Shown piece after piece: positions 1 through 9,370 of a DNA stretch of 64,000 nt. Below the pieces are notes generated by a model. That model saw nothing but the letters and a program-made list of their open reading frames with translations, ran no database searches and was not told where the DNA came from. The stretch is taken from the NCBI GenBank assembly GCA_963812945.1, contig CAWEXD010000008.1, positions 945,107-1,009,106 on the forward strand, in the 5' to 3' direction. The translations under genes and the position numbers were made by a program. How positions within the stretch are numbered: the stretch's first letter is position 1; each line of letters opens with the position of its first letter. This stretch comes from an uncultured Candidatus Rokubacteria bacterium. Lineage in GTDB: Bacteria; Methylomirabilota; Methylomirabilia; Rokubacteriales; DASRDR01.

Positions 1-123
1 GATCTTCCGATCGAGCAAGCGACGAAGTTCGAGCTGGTCATCAACCTGAAGACCGCGAAAGGCCTCGGTCTCACTATCCCGGCGTCAGTGCTAGCGCGGG
101 CGGATCAGGTCATCCATCCATGA
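1..123 (+). CDS. ABC transporter substrate-binding protein (PF04392-like), 3' end only, truncated by window start
   Basis: Frame 1 reads [40 protein letters not shown] then TGA at 121-123; same C-terminal motif as the full-length paralogs at 283-1281 and 2949-3965. Confidence 0.7.
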   Translation, partial: DLPIEQATKFELVINLKTAKGLGLTIPASVLARADQVIHP

Positions 124-282
124 AGTCGTGCTGCCCAACATCGCGCTTCAACGGACCGGGGGCTCGTGTTGCTCGCCCTCCGGCCGCTGAGCGCCGGCGT
201 TAGGCTTCGAGGACGAGACCAGAGGGAGGTGGGCCCAATCCGAGAAGCATCGCGCAAAGTCGTCCGAAGGCCCGGAGTCGAG

Positions 283-1281
283 ATGCTAGGGCTGAGGCTC
301 GCTCTCAGCATCACCCTTCTCCTCGGTGGGTTCTTCAACTCGGCTGCGGCTGAGGCCCAGCAGGCGGCCAAGGTCGCTCGAATAGGCTTCCTGGCGCAAA
401 GCCTGGCTGCTGCCCCCCACTCCGACGAGGCTTTCCGTCAAGGACTGCGTGACCTCGGTTACGTCGAGGGCTCCAACCTCGTGATTGAGTATCGAGATGC
501 CGAGGGGAAGTTCGAGCGGCTCCCCGCTCTCGCGGCCGAACTGGTTGCGCTCAAGGTTGATGTCATCGTGGCCCCAAACACAGTCGCCGCTCTGGCCGCC
601 AAGCAAGTGACCAGGGCCCTCCCCATTGTCTTCGCTGTTGCTGCCGATCCGGTTGCGAGCGGGCTCGTCACAAGCCTTGCGCGGCCGGGCGGCAACGTTA
701 CGGGGTTGTCCATCCTCGCCTCGGAGCTAGTCGGCAAGTGTCTTGAGTTGCTCGCGGAGGCCGTTCCGGGGGTCAGTCGGGTCGTTGTCCTCTGGACGCC
801 GGGTGTCCTCGGCGAACGCACGGATACGGACATGCTGAAGGGAGCAGAGGTCACGGGACGGGCACTGGGGGTGCGGCTTCAATTCGTTGAGGCGCGAGGT
901 CCCGCCGATGTCGACCGGGCCTTCTCGGACATGAGCAGCGCACGCGCGGGTGCTCTCACTGTGCTGCCAAGCAACGTGTTCGTCAATGAGCGCCGACGCC
1001 TCGTGGACCTGGCCGCAAAGAACCGGCTGCCGGCAGTGTACCCATGGAGGGAGTTTGTCGATGCCGGGGGCCTTATGGCCTATGGACCGAACATTGCTGA
1101 TTTGTATCGGCGCGCCGCTACTTACGTGGACAAGATTCTCAAGGGTAGAAAACCTGCCGACCTACCCGTGGAGCAGCCGACGAAGTTTGAGCTGGTCATC
1201 AACCGCAAGGCTGCCAAGGCCATCGGCCTGACGATCCCGCCGTCGGTGCTGGCGCGGGCCGACCAAGTCATCGAGAAATGA
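283..1281 (+). CDS. ABC transporter substrate-binding protein (ABC_sub_bind/PF04392-like), secreted
   Basis: ORF 166-1281; internal ATG at 283 gives signal-like N-terminus MLGLRLALSITLLLGG; motifs [27 protein letters not shown]; start choice is inference. Confidence 0.8.
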   Translation: MLGLRLALSITLLLGGFFNSAAAEAQQAAKVARIGFLAQSLAAAPHSDEAFRQGLRDLGYVEGSNLVIEYRDAEGKFERLPALAAELVALKVDVIVAPNTVAALAAKQVTRALPIVFAVAADPVASGLVTSLARPGGNVTGLSILASELVGKCLELLAEAVPGVSRVVVLWTPGVLGERTDTDMLKGAEVTGRALGVRLQFVEARGPADVDRAFSDMSSARAGALTVLPSNVFVNERRRLVDLAAKNRLPAVYPWREFVDAGGLMAYGPNIADLYRRAATYVDKILKGRKPADLPVEQPTKFELVINRKAAKAIGLTIPPSVLARADQVIEK

Positions 1282-1418
1282 GCAAGCGGGGTGGCGGCTC
1301 GAACCATAACTTCAGCTTGCAGCGGCCGGCACTTCGCGTTGCTCGGCGCCGCCGCTGAAGCTGGGTGTTCGCCGACAGATTGAGTCCGCGCCGCCTGAGG
1401 GAGAAAGGAGGGAACACC

Positions 1419-1904
1419 ATGTCCGAGACTGGGAGCGTTCCTGACCTGGGAGGCCAGGTCCGGCCACTGATTCAGGCGCTGCCTGTCGGCTTGCAGCCGC
1501 GACTCATGGTAACGCTCGAGCGGGCGGCGGCCGTCCGATATCGCGTTTGGGCCGGGGCGTGTCCAGAGCCGGTGGACGCGGAAGGCTTACGAGCCTGTGC
1601 GGCTCGAGAAGAGGAAGTCGCGGCACGAATCGAAATGGCGTTTCCGCCCCAACCTGACGAGCAGCGCCACATCGGCGGTGTACTGCCCCAGATCGCTGAA
1701 GCATTTCGTTCGGCAATGGTCCAGCGTCCAGTGATTGCGCAGTACGCAATACAAGCTGCGGCTGAACGTCGCGGAGCGGCGTTCTGGCGCACGCTAGCCT
1801 CTTCGATCACTGACGCTTCTGTTCGTGAGATCCTCTCCGATTGCGCCGAACGCGAAGAGCGCAGCGCCGAGTTTCTCGAAGCAATTGTGAACCGGCACGG
1901 TTGA
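1419..1904 (+). CDS. hypothetical protein
   Basis: ORF 1365-1904; ATG at 1419 preceded by GGAGG-containing stretch; GC-rich third positions; no family recognised. Confidence 0.5.
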   Translation: MSETGSVPDLGGQVRPLIQALPVGLQPRLMVTLERAAAVRYRVWAGACPEPVDAEGLRACAAREEEVAARIEMAFPPQPDEQRHIGGVLPQIAEAFRSAMVQRPVIAQYAIQAAAERRGAAFWRTLASSITDASVREILSDCAEREERSAEFLEAIVNRHG

Positions 1905-1920
1905 CCTGTGCGCAGGGCTC

Positions 1921-1998
1921 AACCTCAAGAGCACCAAGGCGCTTGGATTGACGATTCCCCATCGCTGCTACAGGGGCTCGGACAGGATCATTGAGTAG
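1921..1998 (+). pseudogene. remnant 3' end of a PF04392-like substrate-binding protein gene
   Basis: Reads NLKSTKALGLTIPHRCYRGSDRIIE then TAG; resembles the C-termini of the neighbouring SBPs ([14 protein letters not shown]...RADQVI) but needs a frameshift to recover PSLLQG; no upstream body of the gene. Confidence 0.45.
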
Positions 1999-2043
1999 CA
2001 GCCTGGGCGACCTGCCTAACTCAGCGCTCAGGCCGGACGGCCC

Positions 2044-2493
2044 ATGAGCAGTCGACGGCCGGTCGAAGGCCTCGAGGAGCTGTACGGCACCTGGAAGCTG
2101 GTCAGCTGGACACGGCACCTCGTGGATGCGGGCGAGACGCTCGAGCCGTTCGGCGAGGCTCCGACCGGATTCCTGAGCTACGGCCGAGACGGTCGCGTGT
2201 TCTTCATGATGACGAAGCAGGATCGGACCAGGCCGAGGGACCTGACGAAGCTGACCGACACGGACCGGGCAGATCTCTACAACACGATCGTTGCGTATGG
2301 TGGAACGTTCACGTTCGACGGCCAGCGGGCCATACACAACGTCGACATCGCGTGGAACGAGGTCTGGTCCGGTACCGCGCAAGTACGCGATCTCGCCATG
2401 GACGGGCGCCGCCTCGTCATGAGCACGACTCCCCAGGCAGGGATCGATGGGAGGCGTAGCACCGGAGTGTTCGTCTGGGAAAGGCTTGGATAA
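2044..2493 (+). CDS. lipocalin-like domain protein
   Basis: 149-aa ORF; N-terminal GTWKLVSW motif typical of bacterial lipocalin-like proteins; family assignment by motif only. Confidence 0.55.
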   Translation: MSSRRPVEGLEELYGTWKLVSWTRHLVDAGETLEPFGEAPTGFLSYGRDGRVFFMMTKQDRTRPRDLTKLTDTDRADLYNTIVAYGGTFTFDGQRAIHNVDIAWNEVWSGTAQVRDLAMDGRRLVMSTTPQAGIDGRRSTGVFVWERLG

Positions 2494-2501
2494 AGAGAAA
2501 A

Positions 2502-2924
2502 ATGCGACTATCCAATTCGATGATCGTCAGCGCCGGGTTGGTGGCTTTGGTGTTCAGCCCGACGTCGATGGCGCAAGAGCAGAGTGCGGCAAAGCCCCCG
2601 CCACCTCTTCTGAGAGAGATCGTGCAAGGCATGCCCAGGGGCGAGAGACAGGAGGTGCGAGTCCTCACGGCGACCCTCAAGCCGGGCGAGAAGACTCCGT
2701 TCCACACGCACCGCTTCCCCGTGACTGCCTACGTTCTGGAAGGCACGTTCACGCTGGAGATGGAGGGGCGCGGACCGGTCACGGTCAAAGCTGGCCAAGC
2801 GATAGTCGAACCGCCTCAGGTGAGGATGACGGGCTACAATCGCAGCAGCACCGAGCCCATGCGAGTCGTGATCTTCTACGTGAGCGATCCGGACACGCCG
2901 TTCCTGGACCCGGCGCATCATTGA
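2502..2924 (+). CDS. cupin domain protein, probably secreted
   Basis: 140-aa ORF; hydrophobic N-terminus (MIVSAGLVALVFSPTSMA); cupin-like core PFHTHRFPVTAYVLEGTF. Confidence 0.6.
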   Translation: MRLSNSMIVSAGLVALVFSPTSMAQEQSAAKPPPPLLREIVQGMPRGERQEVRVLTATLKPGEKTPFHTHRFPVTAYVLEGTFTLEMEGRGPVTVKAGQAIVEPPQVRMTGYNRSSTEPMRVVIFYVSDPDTPFLDPAHH

Positions 2925-2948
2925 TCAACTGTTGAGGCTTCGGGTGGC

Positions 2949-3965
2949 GTGGACGCCCTGGCTGGGAGGCAGTTCGTGAGATCAATGCTTGCCGGCCTCG
3001 CGATTGTCGTTGCCCTCGCGCTCTCGGGTGGCCCGCGCGGCGCTGAGGGGCAGCCGGCCGCCCGGATCTATCGGATCGGGATGCTGGAGACACGCTCTGC
3101 CGGGCTCAACGCGGCCAACATCGATGCTTTCCGCCAAGGCTTGCGCGAGCTTGGGTACGTCGAAGGTCAGAACTTCGTGATCGAGTACCGGTCGTCGGAA
3201 GGCCGTGACGAACGATTCGGTGCCCTGGCGGACGAGCTGACTCGCTCGAGCATCGACGTCATTCTCACGCGGGGAACCCCGGCGGCGCTGGCGGCAAAGA
3301 AGGCGACGCGCACCATTCCGGTGGTCATGGCCGGCGCCGGCGATCCCGTCTCGTCCGGTCTTGTGGCCCAGCTCGGTCGCCCGGGTGGGAACGTGACGGG
3401 TCTGAGCAGTCTGATTCCCGCTCTCAATGCCAAGCGCCTCGAGCTGCTCAAGGAGCTGCTTCCGAAGCTGGCCCGGATCGGAGTCATGCTGAACATGGGG
3501 AACCCTGTCATCCCGGCTCAGTGGAGCGAGATCGAATCGACCGCGCGGTCCCTCGGTATCGAGCCGCAGCTTCTCGATGTGCGTCGTCCCGAAGACGTGC
3601 GGCCGGCGTTCGAGACCGCCGTGAAGCGGCGCGCGGACGCCCTCTTCGTGGGCGTCGACGGGGTGACACAGGGTAATCTCCGGCTGATCGCCGAGCTCGT
3701 GGCCCAGCACCGGCTCCCATCGATCTATGGAGCCAGGGAGTACGTGGCCCTCGGAGGTTTGATGACGTACGGCGTGAGCGACGAATACATGTATCATCGC
3801 GCCGCCTCCTTCGTTGATCGGATCCTCAAGGGCGCCAAGCCTGCCGAGCTCCCGGTCGAGCAACCGTCGCGGTTCGAACTGTTCATCAATCTCAGGGCTG
3901 CCAAGACTCTTGGCCTCACGATTCCGCCATCGCTGCTGCTCAGGGCGGATCGAGTCGTCGAATGA
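2949..3965 (+). CDS. ABC transporter substrate-binding protein (ABC_sub_bind/PF04392-like)
   Basis: 338-aa ORF; hydrophobic N-terminus; motifs RIGML, RPGGNVTG, PVEQPSRFELFINLRAAKTLGLTIP; paralog of 283-1281. Confidence 0.8.
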   Translation: MDALAGRQFVRSMLAGLAIVVALALSGGPRGAEGQPAARIYRIGMLETRSAGLNAANIDAFRQGLRELGYVEGQNFVIEYRSSEGRDERFGALADELTRSSIDVILTRGTPAALAAKKATRTIPVVMAGAGDPVSSGLVAQLGRPGGNVTGLSSLIPALNAKRLELLKELLPKLARIGVMLNMGNPVIPAQWSEIESTARSLGIEPQLLDVRRPEDVRPAFETAVKRRADALFVGVDGVTQGNLRLIAELVAQHRLPSIYGAREYVALGGLMTYGVSDEYMYHRAASFVDRILKGAKPAELPVEQPSRFELFINLRAAKTLGLTIPPSLLLRADRVVE

Positions 3966-4052
3966 GAAGCGACGCGGCGCGGCGCGACAGCCAGGCGCAG
4001 TGAGCTCGGCGCGAGAGCGGTCAGTGACGCTGAACCCGAGAGGAGAGCGCGA

Positions 4053-5057
4053 ATGCGATTCGTGATGCTGGGGGCGGGAGCGATCGGAGGCGTGGTCGGA
4101 GGGCAGCTCGCCAAGGCGGGGCTCGACGTGCTGTTCGTCGACCCGCTGCAGGAGCACGCGGACGCGATCAACCGGGAGGGCCTCCACCTCCGCGGCGTCC
4201 ACGGCCACCACGTCCTGCGGGTGCCGGCGGTGACCGACGTCAGCGCGGTCTCGTTCCGGGAAGGTGACGTCGTCGTGTGCTCCGTGAAGTCCTACCACAT
4301 GGACGCGGCGATGCGGGCTCTTCGCCAGGCGACCCCCCTGGACATCCCGGTGTTCTGCGCCCAGAACGGGATCCGGAACGAGGAGGTGGCCGCGCGCTAC
4401 TTCCGGCGCGTGCACGGGGTGATGGTGCTGATCGGCGCCAAGCGCCTGGTTCCCGGCGAGGTGGTGCACACGGGCGCGGGCCCCCTCGGCGTCGGGCGCT
4501 GGCCCTCGGGCCTGTGCGAGGTCGCGCGCGAGGTCGTCCAGGCGGTCGCGAAGACGGACATTCCCGCCTACGCCACCGAGGAGATCGCCGTCCACAAGTG
4601 GAACAAGATGGCGATCAACCTCAACAACGCAACGTTCGGGCTCCTGGGGCTCTCAGGGCAGGAGGCCCAGGCCGACCCGGAGGTCCGGGCGTTCATGGCC
4701 GACGTCTACGAGGAAGGGGTCCGGGTCCTGCAGGCGGCCGGGATCCGGTTCGACGGGCCGCCAGGCAGCTCGATCGAGGACCGGATCCGGAGCCTCCGGG
4801 GGCCGGCGACGAACGTCACCGTTCCCGCCGACGAGGAGCCGCGGCACCGGCCGTCCCTCTGGCAGGACCTCCACCACGGCGGCGGCGAGGTCGAGGCCGA
4901 CTGGTTCAACGGCGAGATCGTGCGGCTCGGTGAGGCGCACGGCGTGCCCACGCCCTACAACCGCCTCCTGCTGGAGCTGATCACCGGGATGGCCCGGGGG
5001 CGCGAGCGCCCCGGGCGCTACACGCTGACCGACCTGCGCGCGCGGCTGTCCGGCTGA
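4053..5057 (+). CDS. 2-dehydropantoate 2-reductase family protein (ketopantoate reductase-like)
   Basis: 334-aa ORF; N-terminal Rossmann motif MLGAGAIGG; KWNK motif; ApbA/PanE-like length. Confidence 0.7.
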   Translation: MRFVMLGAGAIGGVVGGQLAKAGLDVLFVDPLQEHADAINREGLHLRGVHGHHVLRVPAVTDVSAVSFREGDVVVCSVKSYHMDAAMRALRQATPLDIPVFCAQNGIRNEEVAARYFRRVHGVMVLIGAKRLVPGEVVHTGAGPLGVGRWPSGLCEVAREVVQAVAKTDIPAYATEEIAVHKWNKMAINLNNATFGLLGLSGQEAQADPEVRAFMADVYEEGVRVLQAAGIRFDGPPGSSIEDRIRSLRGPATNVTVPADEEPRHRPSLWQDLHHGGGEVEADWFNGEIVRLGEAHGVPTPYNRLLLELITGMARGRERPGRYTLTDLRARLSG

Positions 5058-5072
5058 GCGCCCGGGAATCGC

Positions 5073-5870
5073 ATGGCGCGACCGAATCGCCTCCGAGAGA
5101 AGCTGGCCGCCGGGCGGACCTGCGTGGGTCCGCTCTTCCAGGAATTCTGGTCCCCGGAGCTCTTCGAGTTCTGTGCCCTTGCCGGGTTCGACTTCGTCAT
5201 CGCCGACGGCGAGCACGCCGGGGTGGACCCCCAGACGGTGCGCGGTCTGGCTCGCGCCGCCCAGGGGGCGGGGGCGACTGCGCTCCTGCGCGTGCCGAAC
5301 GGCGAGGCCTCGCTCGTCCTCCGCTACCTCGACGCTGGCGTCGAGGGGCTGATCCTCCCGCACTGCAACTCCGCCGCCGATGCCGAGGCGTTCGTGAGCG
5401 CCTGCCGCTATCCGCCCCGCGGGATCCGCGGCGCGGCGAGCTCGAGCCGGGCAGCGGGGTACGGCTTCACCCAGACACCCCTCGAGCATCTCGAGCAATC
5501 GGACCGCGAGGTGCTGTGCCTCGGGCTGATCGAGGAGCCCCGCGCGGTGGAGGCCCTGCCGGAGATCCTCCGGGTGGACGGGCTGGACGGGTGCTTCGTC
5601 GGAGCCGGGGACATGGCGCTCATCCTGGGCCGCCAGTACTTCGGCGGCGCCACGATGCATCCCGAGGTGCGGCGGCTGGTCGACCGGGCCATCGACCTCA
5701 CGCTCGGGGCGGGGAAGGTCGTGATGTACCCGGCGGCGACCGGCGTCGAGGCGCGCGCCATGAGTCAGCGCGGCGTCCGGCTCATCACCATGAACTTCGG
5801 GGCGTCGCTGGCCCGGCGGGCCATCTCGGAGTACCTCGGAGCGCTCCGTGGGGAGTCGGACGGCCGGTAG
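5073..5870 (+). CDS. HpcH/HpaI family aldolase
   Basis: 265-aa ORF; class II aldolase pattern (FVIADGEHAG, LRVP, RYPPRGIRG); 16 nt after upstream gene. Confidence 0.75.
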   Translation: MARPNRLREKLAAGRTCVGPLFQEFWSPELFEFCALAGFDFVIADGEHAGVDPQTVRGLARAAQGAGATALLRVPNGEASLVLRYLDAGVEGLILPHCNSAADAEAFVSACRYPPRGIRGAASSSRAAGYGFTQTPLEHLEQSDREVLCLGLIEEPRAVEALPEILRVDGLDGCFVGAGDMALILGRQYFGGATMHPEVRRLVDRAIDLTLGAGKVVMYPAATGVEARAMSQRGVRLITMNFGASLARRAISEYLGALRGESDGR

Positions 5871-5972
5871 GCGGTGCGGCTCCTCCCCGAGTGCCTCCCG
5901 AGTGCTCGTTAGTGTAATCTTGAGGGCACGGCGCGGCCGAGCCCTCGGCCCGCCAGCCCCTGGAGGAGCCGA

Positions 5973-6656
5973 ATGGACTACGTGATTCCCATGCAGCCCG
6001 TCCCATCTCTGGCCGTGGAGGGGGTCGGCGGGCGGTTCCCGGTCCACCGCATCTACTGCGTGGGGCGGAACTACGCCGAGCACGCGCGCGAGATGGGCCA
6101 TGACCCCGACCGCGAGCCGCCGTTCTTCTTCATGAAGCCCGCGGATGCCATCGTCACCGACGGGGAGTTCCGCTATCCGTCCCACAGCAGCGACGTGCAC
6201 CACGAGCTCGAGCTGGTCGTGGCGCTTGGCTCGGGCGGGGCCGGGATCCCGGCCGCGCGCGCCCTGGACCTCGTCTACGGTTACGCGGTCGGGCTCGACA
6301 TGACGCGGCGGGACCTCCAGGCCGAGGCCAAGAAGATGGGCCGGCCGTGGGACACCGGCAAGGCCTTCGACGGCTCGGCGCCCTGCTCCGCCGTGCGCCG
6401 CGCCTCGGAGATCGGCCACCCCGAGAAGGGCGCGGTGTGGCTCGAGGTGAACGGCAAGGCCCGTCAGCGGGGTGAACTGAGCCAGCTGATCTGGAAGATC
6501 CCGGAGATGATCGCCTACCTGTCCACGCTCTTCACCCTGGCGCCGGGCGACCTGATCTTCACGGGCACGCCGGCCGGCGTCGGGCCGGTCGAGCGGGGCG
6601 ACGTCCTGAAGGGCGCCGTGGAAGGCGTCGGGACGCTGGCCGTGCGCGTCGTCTAG
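5973..6656 (+). CDS. fumarylacetoacetate hydrolase (FAH) family protein
   Basis: 227-aa ORF; motifs [38 protein letters not shown]. Confidence 0.8.
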   Translation: MDYVIPMQPVPSLAVEGVGGRFPVHRIYCVGRNYAEHAREMGHDPDREPPFFFMKPADAIVTDGEFRYPSHSSDVHHELELVVALGSGGAGIPAARALDLVYGYAVGLDMTRRDLQAEAKKMGRPWDTGKAFDGSAPCSAVRRASEIGHPEKGAVWLEVNGKARQRGELSQLIWKIPEMIAYLSTLFTLAPGDLIFTGTPAGVGPVERGDVLKGAVEGVGTLAVRVV

Positions 6657-6726
6657 GAAGGACGCACGCGCTGCCGCGCAGTCGGGCGGCGGCGCCACGA
6701 ATCCACACGTCACGAGGAGGGAAGCC

Positions 6727-7719
6727 ATGCGAGTGCGGAGCCGCCGGTTGTCCATCGCCGTCGTCGCGCTGGTCGGGGTCCTCGCGATCCTGGCCGGCAG
6801 CGCCTGGAGCCAGGGACCCACGAAGATTCGCTACGCGCTGGGCGACGTCGTCGGCATCGACGACCTGCCGCTCCTCATCGCGGCCGAGCGGGCCAAGGCC
6901 CGCGGGGTCGAGGTGGAGATCACCGCGTTCAAGAGCGAGGAGCTTGCCACCCTAGCGGTCATCAACGGCCAGGCCGACGTCGGCCAGGGCACGCCGTACG
7001 CGGCGATCCAGAAGGTCAACGTGCCGATCCGGTTCTTCTACCAGCTGAGCACCCTCCAGTTCTTCCCGATCGTCAGCAAGGAGGCCTACAAGGGCTGGAA
7101 GGACCTGGACGGCCAGGAGATCGCGGTCCAGGGGCGGGGCTCCGGCACCGAGGCGATCATGGTTTTGGCGGCCAAGCAGCACGGCATCAAGTACAAGAGC
7201 GTCAGCTACGTGCCGGGATCGCAGGTGCGCGGCCTCGCGCTACTGAAGGGGACCATCAAGGCGTCGATCCTCGACGGGCCGAACACGAAGTTCGTCATGA
7301 AGGAGGCGCCGGACAAGTTCCTCGTCCTGCCGCTCGGCGAGCTGAAGGCGAGCGACGAGGCCCTCTTCGCGACCAGCGCCTTCCTCGAGAAGAACCAGGC
7401 CGCGGTCTCCGTGCTGCTGGAGGAGCTCTTGAAGGCGAACCGCGCGATCAACGCGAACCCGGGCTTCGCCGTCGAGGAGCGCAAGCGGCTCGGGCTGCTG
7501 AAGGACCTGCCCGAGAAGCTGGAGGCCGAGGTGCTGCCGTACTACGAGGAAGGGGTCAAGGGCGGCATCTTCCCGGCGGACGGCGGCGCGGCGAAAGCCG
7601 CCGCCAACGACATCGAGTTCTTCACCCTGGCCGGCCAGATCAAGGGTGACGGCGTGAAGGCCGAGGACTTCTGGAACTTCACCGCGCTGAAGGCGGCGTT
7701 GTCGAAGGTCGGGTCGTGA
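6727..7719 (+). CDS. ABC transporter substrate-binding protein, NitT/TauT (NMT1/SsuA-like) family
   Basis: 330-aa ORF; signal-like N-terminus; first gene of a four-gene ABC set. Confidence 0.7.
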   Translation: MRVRSRRLSIAVVALVGVLAILAGSAWSQGPTKIRYALGDVVGIDDLPLLIAAERAKARGVEVEITAFKSEELATLAVINGQADVGQGTPYAAIQKVNVPIRFFYQLSTLQFFPIVSKEAYKGWKDLDGQEIAVQGRGSGTEAIMVLAAKQHGIKYKSVSYVPGSQVRGLALLKGTIKASILDGPNTKFVMKEAPDKFLVLPLGELKASDEALFATSAFLEKNQAAVSVLLEELLKANRAINANPGFAVEERKRLGLLKDLPEKLEAEVLPYYEEGVKGGIFPADGGAAKAAANDIEFFTLAGQIKGDGVKAEDFWNFTALKAALSKVGS

Positions 7720-7726
7720 CGGGAGC

Positions 7727-8485
7727 GTGACCACCGGGACGGCGCGCCAGGCCCTCTGGGTCGGCGCGTCGTTCGCGCTCTTCTTTGGTCTCTGGGAGTG
7801 GGCGGGGCGGTGGCCGCTCAGCCCCGCCTTCCCGTCGTTCAGCCAGACCGTCCTGGCGCTCGGGCGCATGGCGATGGACGGCTCGCTCGTCCGGGCGTAT
7901 GCGTCCACGCTCCAGCCCCTCGTCATCGGCGTCGCCATCTCGGCGGTCATCGGGGTCGGGGCGGGGGTGGCGATGGGGCTCAGCCGCTCGGTGGAGTGGC
8001 TGACGCTGCCCGTCTTCGTGATCGCCCAGGCCGCCCCGATGGCCGCGGTCATCCCGCTGATCACGTACATCTACGGCATCGGGCTCACCGCCAAGGTCCT
8101 GGCGGTGACCGTGCTGGCGATTCCCGTGATCGCCATGAACTCGTACAAGGGCATCCGGAACACGTCGCCGTCGCTCCTCGAGATGTGCCGGGCCTTCCTG
8201 GGCACCCGGCGCCAGGCGGTGTGGAAGATCGTCCTGCCGCACGCGGCCGGCCTGATCTTCGTGGGGCTGCGGCTGGGCGTCGCGATGGGGTTCATCGGCG
8301 TGGTGATCGCCGAGCTCCTGATCACGCCCACGGGCATCGGCGACCTGATCACCTACCACTCGTCGGTGGCGGACTTCCCGGAGATGTTCGCGGCGATCGC
8401 GTCCATCGTCGCGCTCGGCGCCCTGACGATCTACGGGTTCGAGCGGCTCGAGCACCGGCTCTTCCCGCCCGAGATCCGGGGCTGA
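7727..8485 (+). CDS. ABC transporter permease
   Basis: 252-aa ORF, GTG start at 7727; polytopic hydrophobic protein; 7 nt after the SBP gene. Confidence 0.75.
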   Translation: MTTGTARQALWVGASFALFFGLWEWAGRWPLSPAFPSFSQTVLALGRMAMDGSLVRAYASTLQPLVIGVAISAVIGVGAGVAMGLSRSVEWLTLPVFVIAQAAPMAAVIPLITYIYGIGLTAKVLAVTVLAIPVIAMNSYKGIRNTSPSLLEMCRAFLGTRRQAVWKIVLPHAAGLIFVGLRLGVAMGFIGVVIAELLITPTGIGDLITYHSSVADFPEMFAAIASIVALGALTIYGFERLEHRLFPPEIRG

Positions 8486-8495
8486 CGGCGTGACG

Positions 8496-8530
8496 CCACA
8501 GGCCGGAGCTCCACAGGCCGCCACAGGCCG
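8496..8530. repeat. three copies of the 10-mer CCACAGGCCG (two in tandem) in an intra-operon spacer
   Basis: Read directly: CCACAGGCCG at 8496-8505, 8511-8520 and 8521-8530, within the 120-nt gap between permease and ATPase genes. Confidence 0.4.
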
Positions 8531-8605
8531 AAGGCCGTCCGATAAGACCCGTCCGATCAACTCCCGCGGAGCCCCGCAGGCGGAAGGTCGCTCGAGGATC
8601 GCCCC

Positions 8606-9370
8606 GTGACTGAGGCAGCGGTCGAGGTTCGGGGCGTCGGCAAGCGGTACGGGACCGGCGTCGAGGCCCTCCGCGACGTTGCCGTGAGCTTCCCGCGGGG
8701 GCGGCTGACGACCCTCCTCGGGCCGAGCGGGTGCGGCAAGACGACGCTCCTCAAGATCATCGCCGGTCTCGTCACGCCGACCGCCGGCGAGGTCCTGGTC
8801 CAGGGGCGGCGGGTCGAGGGCCCCGGCCCGGAGCGCGCGTTCGTCTTCCAGGACTTCGCCCTCCTGCCGTGGGCGACCGTGGTCCGGAACGTCGCGTTCG
8901 GCCTCGAGCTGCGCGGCGTGCCGTCGGAGGCCCGGGAGGCCGCGGCGCGCCGCTGGATCACCGAGGTCGGGCTCACCGGATTCGAGCAGAGCTACCCGCA
9001 CCAGCTCTCGGGCGGGATGCGCCAGCGGGTGGGCCTGGCGCGCGCGCTCGCGGTCGACGCGGACATCGTCCTCATGGACGAGCCCTTCTCGGCCGTGGAC
9101 GAGCAGACGCGGCGGAAGTTCCAGGAGGACCTCCTGGTCCTGCTCCGCGACCACGGCCGGACCGTGATCTTCGTGACCCACAGCATCGAGGAGGCCGTCT
9201 ACCTCTCCGACCAGATCGTGCTGCTGACCCCGCGGCCGGGGACGGTCCACCGGATCGTCCAGCCGAGCGTGGATCGGGGCCGGCGGAACCCGGACGAGAT
9301 CCGCCGCGACAAGGGCTATCTCGACGCGGTCGACGAGATCTGGCAGGAGCTCAAGCGCCATGTGGGGTGA
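8606..9370 (+). CDS. ABC transporter ATP-binding protein
   Basis: Walker A GPSGCGKTT, ABC signature LSGGMRQR, Walker B IVLMDEPFSAVD. Confidence 0.85.
   Translation: MTEAAVEVRGVGKRYGTGVEALRDVAVSFPRGRLTTLLGPSGCGKTTLLKIIAGLVTPTAGEVLVQGRRVEGPGPERAFVFQDFALLPWATVVRNVAFGLELRGVPSEAREAAARRWITEVGLTGFEQSYPHQLSGGMRQRVGLARALAVDADIVLMDEPFSAVDEQTRRKFQEDLLVLLRDHGRTVIFVTHSIEEAVYLSDQIVLLTPRPGTVHRIVQPSVDRGRRNPDEIRRDKGYLDAVDEIWQELKRHVG

Noticed and set aside
4653-6821. 722-aa minus-strand ORF
   Set aside because: Antisense to the ketopantoate-reductase-like, aldolase and FAH genes, which have clear family motifs; low-complexity Arg/Gly/Pro-rich product.
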